Assembly (NCBI RefSeq): GCF_009914755.1
Contig: NC_060939.1
Direction: 5' to 3' (one strand)
Source of the DNA: the human T2T-CHM13v2.0 reference genome, Homo sapiens
Length of the DNA: 64,000 nucleotides
In this document: piece after piece, positions 1-14,760 of the stretch
Layout: each line of letters begins with the position of its first letter
How positions within the stretch are numbered: the first letter of the stretch is position 1
Program-made: the position numbers and the translations under genes
Notes under the pieces: generated by a model
Seen by the model: only the letters and a program-made list of their open reading frames with translations
Databases searched by the model: none
Told to the model about the DNA's origin: nothing

Positions 1-1928
<1,928 letters not shown>

Positions 1929-2345
1929 TGTTGAGATTAAATGCGATGAGACGAATTGAGATGATATGAAATAATGAAACTAGGTGAAATAATGAAATGA
2001 GATGAAACGAAATAATGAAATTGAAATGAGATGAGAAGAAATGACTAGATGAAATGTTGAAATGAAAGGAAGAAATGATGAGATGAGATGAAATGATGAG
2101 ATGAAATGATGAGATGAAAAATTATGAGATGAAAATATGAGATGAAATGAGATGATATGAAATGACATAATGAGATAAATGAGATTAGATGAAATGAAAT
2201 AGTGAAATGAAATGATGAAATGATGAAAATGAAATGGAGATGAGATTTGATGAAATGATGAGATGATATGATGAGATGGGATGGGATGAGATAAAATGAT
2301 GAGATGAAATGATGAGATGATGAGATGAAATGATGAGGTGAAGTG
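1929..2345. repeat. Degenerate simple/satellite-like repeat built from GAGAT/GAAAT/GAT units
   Basis: Directly visible: gagatgaaatgatgagatgaaatgat... over ~415 bp; explains the His/Ile/Ser/Phe ORFs at 1980-2402. Confidence 0.9.
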
Positions 2346-3059
2346 ATGCACTGTCACGTGTGTGTCTATTCTTTTTCCCAACCAACAAAAATTATAATTC
2401 ATTAATTTTATTTAACAATACTCTTAAGAGTTGAAGGAAAAATATTATCTACATTATGGGTTACAATCTAAGTATAAATAATACATAAATATATTAAAAC
2501 TTATAAAGAATATGTTTTGGAATCGAATATACCATGCTTCTGTGATGACAGTTATTTCATGCTGGTTGTCACAATTTTACGTGAAAAACTAATGAAAAAA
2601 TGTTTTTAACTGTTTCTAAAAATAAGTTTCCAAAACAGTTTTACATTCGAAATATGAAAAAGATGTCTTTGTGTTCCTTAATCTGATGAGATTTTCACAC
2701 TCTGCACATGATAATTGTTAGATTTTTATTGTGTTGATAAATTGTATATCAAATAAAAAATGTTATTACCTCTTAAATTAGGATTTTTAGGTGATATAGG
2801 CAGAAAGGAAGGCAAGTTTTTATAACTTTGTCTAAATGAACTTTCTAAATGCCTGAGTATGAAAAGATAGCATGTCTATAAATCACAATGTATATATTAC
2901 TGTATGACCTAGGACCAATCAAAACTGTTATCTCTGATAACATTATATTGTGCCCAATATAAAATAGATATAATAATACCTCAAACTTCAATCTAGGCAT
3001 TGTCATTGAATATCTTAAGAATATGCAGCAAAGGTGCTTTTAAAAATACAAGCTAGTGA

Positions 3060-3655
3060 TTGTACTAAATTTGTAAATCACATAGGATAGTGGGTCATTT
3101 TAAGAATATTAGTTATTTCAATCTATAAACTTGGATGTCTTTCCTTTTTTGTGTTTTCTTTAATTTCTTTCATTAATATTTGTCATTTTTGTTGTCAAAA
3201 TCTTTTACTTCCTTGGTTAAATTTATAAGTACATTTTTATAGCTATTGTAAAAGGATTTGCTTTCTTAATTTCTTGTTTCAGCTAGTTTACTATCAATAT
3301 ATAGAAATGCTACTGATTTAAACAGGGACAATTTGACTGTCTCCTTTCCAATTCAGATGTCCTTTATTTCTTTCTCTCACCTAATTGTCCTGGCTAAGAC
3401 TTTCACTATGTGAAATATGATTGGTGAGAATAGGCATCCTTTTCTTGTTCTAGTAAAATCTTTTTCTTGTTCACAGTAAAATCTTTCACCTTTTCCACAC
3501 TCAGTATGATCTTAGTTGTAGATTTGTCCTTTATGTCCTTCTGTGTTAAGGCATATATTTTCTATACTAAATTGTTGAGAGGTTTTTTGTCATTCAAGAA
3601 TATTTAACTTTGCCAAATGCTTTTATTGTGTTTATTAATTTAATCATATGGTTTT
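3060..3655 (-). mobile_element. Old L1 (L1MA-like) ORF2 fragment, antisense arm
   Basis: aaacagggacaatttgact...cctttatttctttctct...cctaattg matches antisense L1 RT-region sequence; boundaries approximate. Confidence 0.75.
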
Positions 3656-4335
3656 CAGTATATATCCAAAGAAAAGAAAATCAGTATATCAAAGAGTTAG
3701 CTGCACCCCCATGTTTATTACAGCACTATTCACAATAGCCAAGATATGGAATCGACAAAAGTGTCCATCAACAGATGAATGGATAAAGAAATGTGACATA
3801 CATATATAATGGAATATTATTTAGTCATAATAAAGAACAAAATCCTGTTATTTGTGGCAACAAGAATGCAAGTGGAGGGCATTATGTTAGGTGAAATAAG
3901 CCTGGCATAGAAACATAAACACCACATAACTACGTGTACTCACTTATGTATGGAAGCTAAAATTTTTAATCTCATAGAAGTAGATAGTAGAGTTTTGGTT
4001 ACCATATCCTGGAAAGAGTAGGAGAAAGAAGAGTATAAGAAAAATGTGGTTAATACATACAAAATTACAGCTGGAGAGAAGGAAGAAGTTCTAATTCTCT
4101 ACAGCACTGTTGGGTGACTGTAGTTAATGGGAATTTATTGTGTGTTTTCAAATAACTAAAATAAAAGATTTTGAATATTCTCACTGCAAAGAAATAATAC
4201 ATGATTTAGGTAATGGATATGATAATGACTCTGACTTGATCTTTACGCATTGCATAAATATATCAAAATATCACTCTGTACCCCATAACATGTACATTTA
4301 TTATATGTCAATTAAAATAAATTTAAAAGACAAAA
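3656..4335 (+). mobile_element. Old L1MA-type 3' end, sense arm
   Basis: catgtttattacagcactattcacaatagccaagatatggaatc, followed by an L1MA-type 3' UTR ending tatgtcaattaaaataaatttaaaa. Confidence 0.8.
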
Positions 4336-4872
4336 AATGAGGTAAAGGTAAATGTACAGAATTTAATTACTTTTTCTTCTATAAAACCCGAGTCAGTAAC
4401 AAGAAGAGTCAATTTATTAGTTTTCTAAAATAAAAAAAAATCAAAATGACCAAAAAAGAGCAATATCCAAGAAAACATTGAAAATGAAACACAACATTTA
4501 GTAAGAATGGAAAACTTGGGCACTGTATCACCCTGTTCCTAGATACCGATTTACTGATGGCCATTTAAATAGAATTTTATTCTATCTAATTCATTTATAC
4601 TCCCAGAGTTCGAAATTACATTTTACCTACAATAAATGAGATAACACCTGTAAATTATATGGTACTCTGCCTAACACACGTTAATAACTCAATACATGTT
4701 AGCAATAAACTTTTAGTATAGCAGTCAAAGTATTAATTTCTCACATTGCAATTTCCTTCAAAGACATGAATACAACCTTTCTAATGACTCCTTGTTTATC
4801 AAGATACCTCTTCAAATTATTCTATTTATTTCATTCAGTATATTATCTGTGTATACCGATATGATATTACAC

Positions 4873-5193
<321 letters not shown>

Positions 5194-5537
5194 TGAATAT
5201 CTTTTTGAAAGATTACACCTCTTTACCTCTTTGTGCTTCAGAAATTATTTTCCTTCAAGTGTTCTAAGAGTCTAATGAAGAATGAAGTCATGTTTTATCA
5301 CTTTTGTCCTTAAAGATTTCAGACATGCTGAAACTGATTGAAGTATAATTTGCTACCAGATAGATTAATTATCTCTAGTTGTAGGAGTGGATACATCTTT
5401 AATGGTATATCTTGGGTTATTGTCTTATTTTTGATGCAGTATTCTATAAATAATTTATTAAACCTGGCATCCTTGGGTGAGCATAGATTTTTCAACTTTG
5501 GTGTTATATTGTGTTTGCTTTTAAAAACTGCTTTTGA

Positions 5538-5850
5538 GGCCAGGTATGGTGGCTCTTGCCCATACCTAGCACTTTGGGAGGCCAAGGTGGGCGGATTACC
5601 TCAGGTCAGGAGTTCAAGACCAGCCTGGTCAACATGGCAAAACCGTGTCTCTACTAAAAACACAAAATTAGCCAGGCATGGTGGTGCATGCTTGTAGTCC
5701 TAACCTCTCGAGAGGCTGAGGCAAGAGAATCACCTGAACCTGGGAGGCAAAAGTTGCTAGGTTGCTGTGAGCCAAGTTCGCACCATTGCACTCCAGCCTG
5801 GGTGAAAAGAGCAAAACTCTTTCTCAAAAAAAAAAAAAAAAAAAAAAAAA
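5538..5850 (+). mobile_element. AluS
   Basis: Full dimer with A25 tail; perfect 15-bp TSD aaaaactgcttttga (5523-5537, 5856-5870). Confidence 0.96.
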
Positions 5851-8718
5851 CCACCAAAAACTGCTTTTGAATGGAGTTGTACATACAATTTTGATGAAAA
5901 AAATTATCAAGTGCATAAGTGCATAATAGAAAAACCAATAATACTCCAAGCACAAGTTAGTACTAAAAAAAATATGTTGAGTATTCTCTACTACAACTTG
6001 CTTTTTCCCTTCATGAACAATTTGTGTTTTACTGAGAAGACTCATTGTTTATGGTAGACATTAGACTACAGATGAATATGTACTTTAAACACTCTTAGTT
6101 GCTTTCTTAATTTTATAGCTGCTGCTTTATGCTTCTGTTTATTTTCATTCTTTCCAATGTCTACCTTCTAGTAAATTTGAATATTTTAATCTGAGTTTAT
6201 ATACTATTTAATATTGCTTGTATAGTTTAGTATTTTTAAGACTCAAAAAGTTTTACAGAAAGAAGAAAAAGATCAACATGTTATTAATCATTTAAAGATC
6301 ATTTTAAAATCTTTGACCTTTATATTTTAATGAATAAAATGTTAGTAGTTATTAGTATAAAATAATTTATGTCTTTTGGACTTAGCATCCAGTATTTCTT
6401 TTTTAATAAAGAAAATAATATTCTCTTGCAATATACTATGTTTATCTGGGTTTTGAAAAATGATGTTTCCTAATATGAGAAAGCCATTTACATTTTTAAA
6501 TCTATAAAGGCAAATGGAATGGTACTAAATTATTTACATAATAATGTTTAGATGGTGGCTCTTATTAACATTCTTTCTATACTTCCTACAGAGTTGGGGA
6601 TATGCAATCCTAGAATATTTCTGGGAGCTAATCCTTTATCTTGATGAATGAAACAAGACTTTTAAATAAAATTAAACTTTCAAATTTTCCAGGTAATGGG
6701 CCTGTCTTTTAATTCAATGGATATGGAGCATAATGAATTATCCCCTGTTCATTGGGTAATAAGTTCTCATTCTTATAATACTCAAAATGTCCTTTAATTT
6801 TTAATTTTTGATAGTCATATCATTATCCCTAGGTATTTTAGCTTCTATCTTAAATTCTAAAATGATTTTGAAACAGGAGAAAGTATTCTTTATTACTATA
6901 TGTATTAAACATCATGGTTTTCAAATTTAACTGCAAATGTATCTTTTCATTGCTTCTTGATGACGCCCTTCACCCTATCCATATTATCACTACCAAGTGG
7001 TGATTACTTTTCAGGTTCACATACTTATTCTTTAGAAAAATCTTGTCTGTGCCTTATAAAGAATATGATTGTTGGCATTCAAAAGCCAGTGAAGTATACA
7101 TTATTAGCCTGTTGCCTAACTCATTTCTTTAAGAAACTACACTAATTACCCACATACTTATGTTTTTATTTCCTCATTATTTCTGGAGGAAACAAATACT
7201 GCTAACATGATATTTGTAAGACAGAAAAAAGTCTTTTCTTGAAAAGTGCTGTCATTGTAGTACTAACTTATAGTATCAACTTCTTTATCAACTCCTTATG
7301 CGCTTTTTATTCTGAGAGAAATAAAAAAGCTAAAAGTGAAATGACTTTTTTACTCTCCGTATTATAAGCACCCATCTTGGTCATTTAGGGTCTTTATAGT
7401 TAGGGTAAGTTGTGTCATACCGAGGTTACAAAATGAAAAGTATTTCGTCTCTTTGGGCCTTTCTTTATTCAGTAATACTGTCAGTTTGGCTTTTTTTGTA
7501 GGTCAACTTATTGAACTCAGTATTCTGAAATAATATGTTTACTATCTTTTGATAAGCATTTAAAATATTAGATTTATTGTTATTCTTCTGACTTTATTGG
7601 GCTGGAAGAATAATTGTTTCACTCCATAAAAGCCAAGTTGCGGAGAAAAACACATAGACATTCAACTGCAAAGCAGAGAAACTTGACTATTTTCTGCAAT
7701 TTTAAAGTGTATATTGAATAAAACCATCTTTTTATTTTCTTTTTTGCTCACTGGCAAATATTAACAACATCAAGTGTATTATTATAATGTTATCTAGTTA
7801 AAAATCTCAAAAAGTTTTCATAATTACCATTTTAAAATATATAAATAGGGGACCTAATGTTAATTTTTATTGTCTGAGACCATGTCTGTTATTTCACTCT
7901 TTAAATTCAGTTAGTAATGCAGAACCTAGCACTTAGTAGATACTCAAAAATTATTTGCTGAATAAAAAAAGGTTAAACGTAATATATACAAAATGTACTG
8001 GAAAAAATGCACCAAACAATTTTGTTATACCAGTTTAATGTAAATATTGCCTTTAAAAGATAATATAGTTTTCAGGTGTCTACAGTGATTTTGTAATATT
8101 TGTGCACATATAAAATAATATTTCCAAAAATGTAATCCAGTGGGGAAATATACTTTCTAAATTCTAGATTAATAATTTAGGGTTTAAATTATAAAATCAT
8201 TAAATAAGACACAAGTGAAATATAGTCAAATATCCCCTTGGAAAAAAATTAAGTGGCCTCTAAAGTGAGGTATTAATATATGTAATTTTACAATCCACTA
8301 GTGATAGAAGTAATTAAATATGCCACCAAATTGATTAACTCCTACAGTGTTAAAAGAGAAGCACTAACAATGCCAGTGAACATGTAACATGGATTTAAGC
8401 TACAAGTCATAGAAATGTGATGAGAAGCCTCAGCGCTGTAAAACAGAGGGTGGAGGAAAGATTTTCCTCTCTCAAATGAGCTTTGCGAGGTATACTTTTT
8501 GAAGGATAGGAAGTTGAAGTGTTCAGGACTTTTATGACTATTCTACTTTGGCTTAGTTTACATGATTCTTAGTTTATTAGCCTAGAAATGGCCAAGAAAA
8601 CTTAAGGTTCAATAATTAGTTATAAATATGAAATAGCCCCAATTTTAAGATAAAAACAACTTATAAATGTATTTGTCTGTAAAAATTGTGTATATTTTTA
8701 CAGAACATCTATTTCTTT

Positions 8719-9484
8719 CTTTTTTTATTTTCTTGTATTTTTTTATTATACTTTAAATTCTAGGGTACACATGCACAATGTGCAGGTTTGTTACATATGT
8801 ATATATGTGCCATGTTGGTGTGCTGCACCCATTAACTCATTTATATTAGGCATATCTCCTAATGCTATCCCTCCCCCCTCCCCCCTCCCCCCTCCCCCCA
8901 CCCCACAACAGGCCCTGGTGTGTGATGTTCCCCTTCCTGTGTCCAAGTGTTCTCATTGTTCAATTCCCACCTATGAGTGAGAACATGCGGTGTTTGGTTT
9001 TTTGTCCTTGCGATAGTTTGCTGAGAATGATGGTTTACAGCTTCATCCATGTCCCTACAAAGGACATGAACTCATCATTTTTTATGGCTGCATAGTATTC
9101 CATGGTGTATATGTGCCACATTTTCTTCATCCAGTCTATCATTGTTGGACATTTGGGTTGGTTCCAAGTCTTTGCTATTGTGAATAGTGCCACAATACGT
9201 GTGCATGTGTCTTTATAGCAGCACGATTTATAATCCTTTGGGTATATACCCAGTAGTTGGATGGCTGGGTCAAATGGTATTTCTAGTTCTAGATCCCTGA
9301 GGAATGGCCACACTGTCTTCCACAATGGTTGAACTAGTTTACAGTCCCACCAACAGTGTGAAAGTGTTCCTGTTTCTCCACATCCTCTCCAGCACCTGTT
9401 GTTTCCTGACCTTTTAATGATCACCATTCTAACTGGTGTGAGATGGTATCTCATTGTGGTTTTGATTTACATTTCTCTGATGGG
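8719..9484 (-). mobile_element. 5'-truncated L1PA (about L1PA4/5)
   Basis: ORF 9035-9454(-) is the ORF2p C-terminus; 3' UTR and T-tail at left; TSD tctatttcttt (8708-8718, 9485-9495). Confidence 0.95.
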
Positions 9485-11473
9485 TCTATTTCTTTAAAAC
9501 AAAAGGAGGGGAGTCTCTCATTTACATTAGTTTTTTTCATAGCCTTTTGAACTTTGCAATTTCTATGTTTCAGAACCTATTTCTTACAGTTTTTCTATGC
9601 TAAACTCTGTCCTAGTCAGTTCTAGAGTGTATGAAGAACCAAATGATGTAATTGTATGCGACCTGGCTGTAGTGGAACAAATTTGACTCTAAAGTATGCA
9701 GGCTCTAATTTTCCTGTTTGGTTTTGGTAAGTATTCCTTACATAGGTTTTTTCTTTGAAAATCTGGGATTGAGAGGTTGATGAATGAAAATTAATCCTTT
9801 CACTTTGTTGTCTGTAGGTTTGCAATAATTAGCTCAGAGTGGAGTTTTAAGGTCATGGAGGGGTCTGATGACTTACAAATAATGGGCTCTGATTGGGCAA
9901 CTACTCATCTGAGTTCCTTCCATTTGACCTAATTAAGCTTGTGAAATTTACACTAAGCCATGAGCTCATCTTTAAAAAGTTTTATTAAAATATTTTCAGC
10001 TGTTCCAAATGGGACCTATTAGTGGAATGTGTTTTAAAGGATCATATCAGATGAATGAAAGGTATTTGATCCTTCGTTTCCTTAATAATAAAATGATGGT
10101 TTGGAAAAATAGGCTGCAGTCTAACCACAGTGCTATTATTAGGCTTTCTTGTTAAACATAGGTCTAAGCCTAAGTATGTCAATACAACAAATACTTACTG
10201 TTTCATTTCTAGTAATGAAAAAAAAAAAAAACAAGTCTTCTGGCATAAGGATGATTTTCATCTGGTCATTTTGAAACATTTTTGTAAAATAAATTTACAT
10301 CTATAAAGAACATTTTTATTTGTAAGGAGGGGTATGTCTCTGTGCACTGGAAGAGAGGGAGGACTAAATCACTGGGAAGTCTTATGATAAAGAAGCCATT
10401 GGCTTAAATCAGCAAAGCAAGCCGTCCCTTGGTTTAAGGTGTTTTTCCTGGCCATCCTGTCTTGACTAGAACTTTACCTACACCTTCCTTTTTGGTTTAG
10501 GCAAATTATAGTATCTAAAACTGAAGTCTCAGCTCTGTGTCTTTGAGATATAAATGTTCTACCATGTCTTCTCTGGAACCTGATAACTATCTATCTCTTT
10601 AAAATGCAAGTCTAGGGAGATGACTCATCAGAAAAAGAAGAAAAAAGAGGTATTTGGAAATTGTGCAAATTAAAGAAGCCCCTGATGCCAAAGTCTACAC
10701 ATTCCTGAGTGAGTCAGTTCTGGCCAGTTCTAGCTGGGTCAAGAGAGCTCTGCTGGGCAGGCCTGAAGAGCACCTGGATGGCAGACACCTGAGGAGCCAG
10801 GTGCCTGAAACTTCCTCCACCTGCTTGAGGTGCGCCAAAGCCCAGGTGCTGGCTGGACAACCCCTTCTGGCTGCCTAAGCAGATGGCAGAAGAAGGAAAC
10901 AAGGTCAGAGGCAGAGTGTTGAACCCTGCCTCCCAGGTGGGTGGAAGATGCCTGTCACCAAACTAGGGCCCAGCTTGCTGGGTGAGATGGGTGAACTGGT
11001 GATCCCCCGAGAGAGTGGACGTCAGAACTACGTGTTCCTGGACTTCACCTCAGCCAGCGAAGGACAGAGAGGGTTAATGTTAACTGCACGAGGCCCACTC
11101 TAGCCTTAAATTCTGTAATTCAAACCTTTCCCTTGGAGACAAAACAAACATGAAAAGGAATTCTGAGGTCAGGGGACAAGAATCACAAGTTCCCTAGTGG
11201 GAGACTGAGGAGGCAGTGTCCTTCCTGCTCTTGGTCTACTGGCTAAGAACCTTCCTCAGCCTGACCTTTGCACATTGCACTTTCAGCTCTGTTTGCAATT
11301 TTCCTCCTTTAGTGCTGAGGGAATCCCAGTGTTCGATCCTGAAATCTATAGGTTCCTAATGGGTGGTTAAAAAAAACCTCAGCGAGAGAAGCAGAAAATG
11401 TTTCCTCTTCCTGAAAAACTGTAGAAAGGCAGGCACCATTCTGGGTGAGGACATGGTCCTTGCAAATGTCTTT

Positions 11474-11785
<312 letters not shown>

Positions 11786-12232
11786 TGCAAACGTCTTTAA
11801 AGACAGCATGTTTCAGAGGCTGTGACAGTGCCCTGTGAACATGCCAATTCTCGCAGTCCCGGCAGCTCTGAGGAGCAGGCCCGGCTCCTTGCCAGGCTGA
11901 TGGTACTGAAACTCTGCTCTCCAAGACATAACCTGATGGCCGTGCAAGATTTCTTAATCGACTGTGGACCGTGAGAGTCTGCATCTCATTTTAATTAAGA
12001 TGGGAAAAGAAAGAACAAAAGAGCAACTCCAAGATTATAGAGAAACTGGATTTTAGTATGATATTCAAGTGTGGCATTGCTAATAATAACAAACCTTTCC
12101 CCTCCCAAACGGTAAGCACTTGCACTGCCTATTATACAAAAATTCAACCACCCTCTCTGTTCCCCCGATATCTCCTCCCCAGTGACCCCCCTCTCATGCG
12201 GCCTCATGAGCCTGGCCAGTGATGAATGGCAC

Positions 12233-13489
12233 TTTCATGGGCATGAGACTCCACGTGAGTGGGACTCAGCTGGGACCCCTCTCCACGTGGGAGCTGGAGA
12301 AGCCACCCTAGTAGCAGCTTAAAGTGTCCGTGATGTCCCTGCTGCTGAGCTAGGGGCCGCCTCTGAGCTGGTATCGGGGTGTGAGCTGCTGCTGGTAGTG
12401 GGCTCTGCCCTGAGTGCCTGGTGGCTGGTCAGAACGGCAGGCACACATGGGTGACTCCCCAGGAACTCAGGCCACCTCCCCACCACAGCCCTGCACCGTG
12501 TGCTCCAGGCATGTGCTGAGTGCCTGGTCAATCACCAGTGCCCTATTGATCCCAGTCTCCAGAGAGATCATTTAGTGTCACTCCACAGAGGGGGAAACTG
12601 AGGCCCAGAGAAGTAAGGTGACTCTCCCCAGTCACAGGGCTGGTCAGCAGTAGGATGGGAGGCTAGTCCCTTGCTGTCTGACTCCCTGAGCCCACCCATA
12701 TCCCAAGGCAGCCAACCTCTGCCCGCCCTGGTTCAGGACCCGACTGGCTCCTGTGGTGGGTGATGTCTATCTTCCTGGCCTTTGTGCTCCCAGCCAACTG
12801 GGATGGAGCCTCCAGCTGGCATGACATGTTGTAGCTATGGACAGAAGAGTGGCTGTGAGGCTGCCAGGAATCTCACCAGGGCCCCCTCCCAGGGCCTGTC
12901 CAGAGTGAGGTCTGGGTACCCCAGGCATTGCCAGACCACAGGATCTGATGTTGACCAAGAGGCCATGGCCACAGGCTTTCTGAGGCTGGCCCCCAGGGAG
13001 AGTTCAATCCCACTATCCCAATTCCTGTCCTGGCCTTACCTCTCAGTCTCACCAAGCTGCTTCATGGTCCCAAACCAGGACCCAAAGTGCTGCTTGGGCT
13101 CAAGGTTGTAATTATTTGCAGCCAACTGGAGCAGCAGACCTCCTTGCTTACTTTGAATTCCTGGGTCCAGAGGGGAAAACTGGGTGGTGACAGGGACTGG
13201 ACAGGGATGCCACAGGGGCCCTGTGGGGGTGTTAGGTCGGGTGATGGCCAGTCTTTGCTCATAGGGGGCCACCTCCTCCTCTCCAGTCCTGTCCCCACCT
13301 GTTCTCAGAGCTGGCTCAAACAGCAGCTCCTCCAGGAAGGTGTCCTTGGTTTCAACCTGGTACTCCCACCTGCAGGTCTTCCTGGAGTGTCTCCTCTTTC
13401 TCTCTGTCTCCCCATAAATCTAAGACAAGGGGGATGGATTTGCCCACCGCTACTCACCGTATGACTCTTGTGAGGTTGATCAGTCTCCC
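12233..13489 (-). pseudogene. Unprocessed RALGDS-like (RalGDS/RGL family RasGEF) pseudogene fragment, four consecutive exons
   Basis: Exon 13489-13458 (ag|GRLINLTRVI..|gtgagt, cf. RALGDS GRLINFEKRRK); exon 13160-13040 (EFKVSKEV/LLLQLAANNYNLEPKQHFGSWFGTMKQLGETE|gtaagg, cf. EFEVIAQIKLLQSACNNYSIAPDEQFGAWFRAVERLSETE); exon 12834-12745 (SYNMSCQLEAPSQLA, cf. SYNLSCELEPPSESA); exon 12424-~12233 (HQALRAEPTTSSSSHP/YQLRGGP*LSSRDITDTLS, cf. RQAPSTELSTSGSSHS..DQLRCGPYLSSGDIADALS). Collinear order, AG/GT boundaries, frameshifts and stops. The reference protein is recalled from memory. Confidence 0.85.
12575..12690 (-). mobile_element. MIR fragment inside a pseudogene intron
   Basis: acagagggggaaactgaggcccagagaagtaaggtgact is the reverse complement of the MIR core. 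Confidence 0.7.
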
Positions 13490-14251
13490 CTGGAAGGCCA
13501 ACAGCTGAAGTCCATCAGAAAGGGTCCTCTGGCCCAGAGCCAGCCCCTGCCCACCCCTGTCATGCTGCACCCAGGGTGCAAGCCCCAGATCAGGTCTGGG
13601 TGACAGGAGGGGTATAGAGGGGCTGAGGCTCAGGGGCCTTCTAGCCTAACTTGTCTGGAGACAGTTGGGGAAACTGAGACCCCAAGCAGGGAGGTATGGC
13701 TCCGAGAGATTATTCTCATTAACCTGGAACACTTTTGCAAGCTGTTAGGTATAGGAAGTCTGTCACAGGTAAGAGAAATGCTTTTTGAGAGCATGAGAGA
13801 CAGCAGGGCTGTGACAATATTGAAACACTGCCGTGCAGATTCACCAATTGCCACCACTGGGAGCCCCCTGAGAGTCATTGCAGATGCACAGCCCTCCCCT
13901 GCAACCCCTGGACCTCCCCATGGTCTGGCACCTAAAGGGTTATGCCTCATGGCAGGAATCAGGGCCCTCAGGATGCCCTGCCCACTCCAAGGTCTGCCTC
14001 TGCTCTGATTGGTCACTGACATTCAGATTGTCACCCAAATATAAGGATGTTAGCAGAAAGACTCATTCAATACAAGTGGACTCAGACATAGATAGGAATT
14101 GAGTTGCAAAAAGCCCCTTTTGTTTCTTTTATTTTGGAAAAAACTTTTATTGTGAAATTCACATATATATATATATATGGAAAAAACTGAATCAATGCAA
14201 AAGGATAGACAATGAACAAATGAATTCCCCTTCCACTCCAGATCCCCAACT

Positions 14252-14446
14252 CAGATCCAGACCTCCTGAGCCCACTTTCCCCATCTCATCACAGATCCAG
14301 ACCTCCTGAGCCCACTTTCCCCATCTCATCACAGATCCAGACCTCCTGAGCCCACTTTCCCCATCTCATCACAGATCCAGACCTCCCCCACTTTCCCCAT
14401 CTCATCACAGATCCAGACCTCCTGAGCCCACTTCCCCATCTCATCA
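14252..14446. repeat. 40-bp minisatellite, 5 copies
   Basis: Unit cagatccagacctcctgagcccactttccccatctcatca; copies 1-3 identical, copy 4 lacks tgag, copy 5 lacks one t. Confidence 0.97.
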
Positions 14447-14465
14447 CCAGTGATTTCTTGGGCTC

Positions 14466-14760
14466 TGCATTAGTTTTCTATTGCTGCTGCAACAAACAGC
14501 TACAGACTCAGTGGCTTCCATTTCTATCTTATAGTTCTGGTTGCCAAAAGTCCTAAGAGGATCTCACTGGGCTAAAGTCAAGGTGCTGGTGGGGCTATGT
14601 CCCTTCTGGAGGCTCAAGGGATGAATCAGGTCCCTGCGTTTTCTAGCTTCTAGGGGCTCCAGGTTCTGGGTTTGTGGCCTCCTTCCTCCATCCTCAAAGC
14701 CTGCAACAGCAGGTGAAGTCCTCGCCCATCGTGCATCACTCTCCCTTCTGCCTCCTTCAA
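14466..14760 (-). mobile_element. MLT1-type MaLR LTR fragment
   Basis: tgcattagttttctattgctgctgcaacaaac...cactgggctaaagtcaaggtg...ccttctggaggctc. Confidence 0.75.

Noticed and set aside
1929-2345. Classical HSat2/HSat3
   Set aside because: Lacks the GGAAT/CATTC pentamer periodicity.
13640-13760. Additional RALGDS-like exon (QLAKVFQVNENNLS vs QKLSEIFSDENNYS)
   Set aside because: Weak match, overlaps MIR-like sequence, and intervening expected exons are absent.
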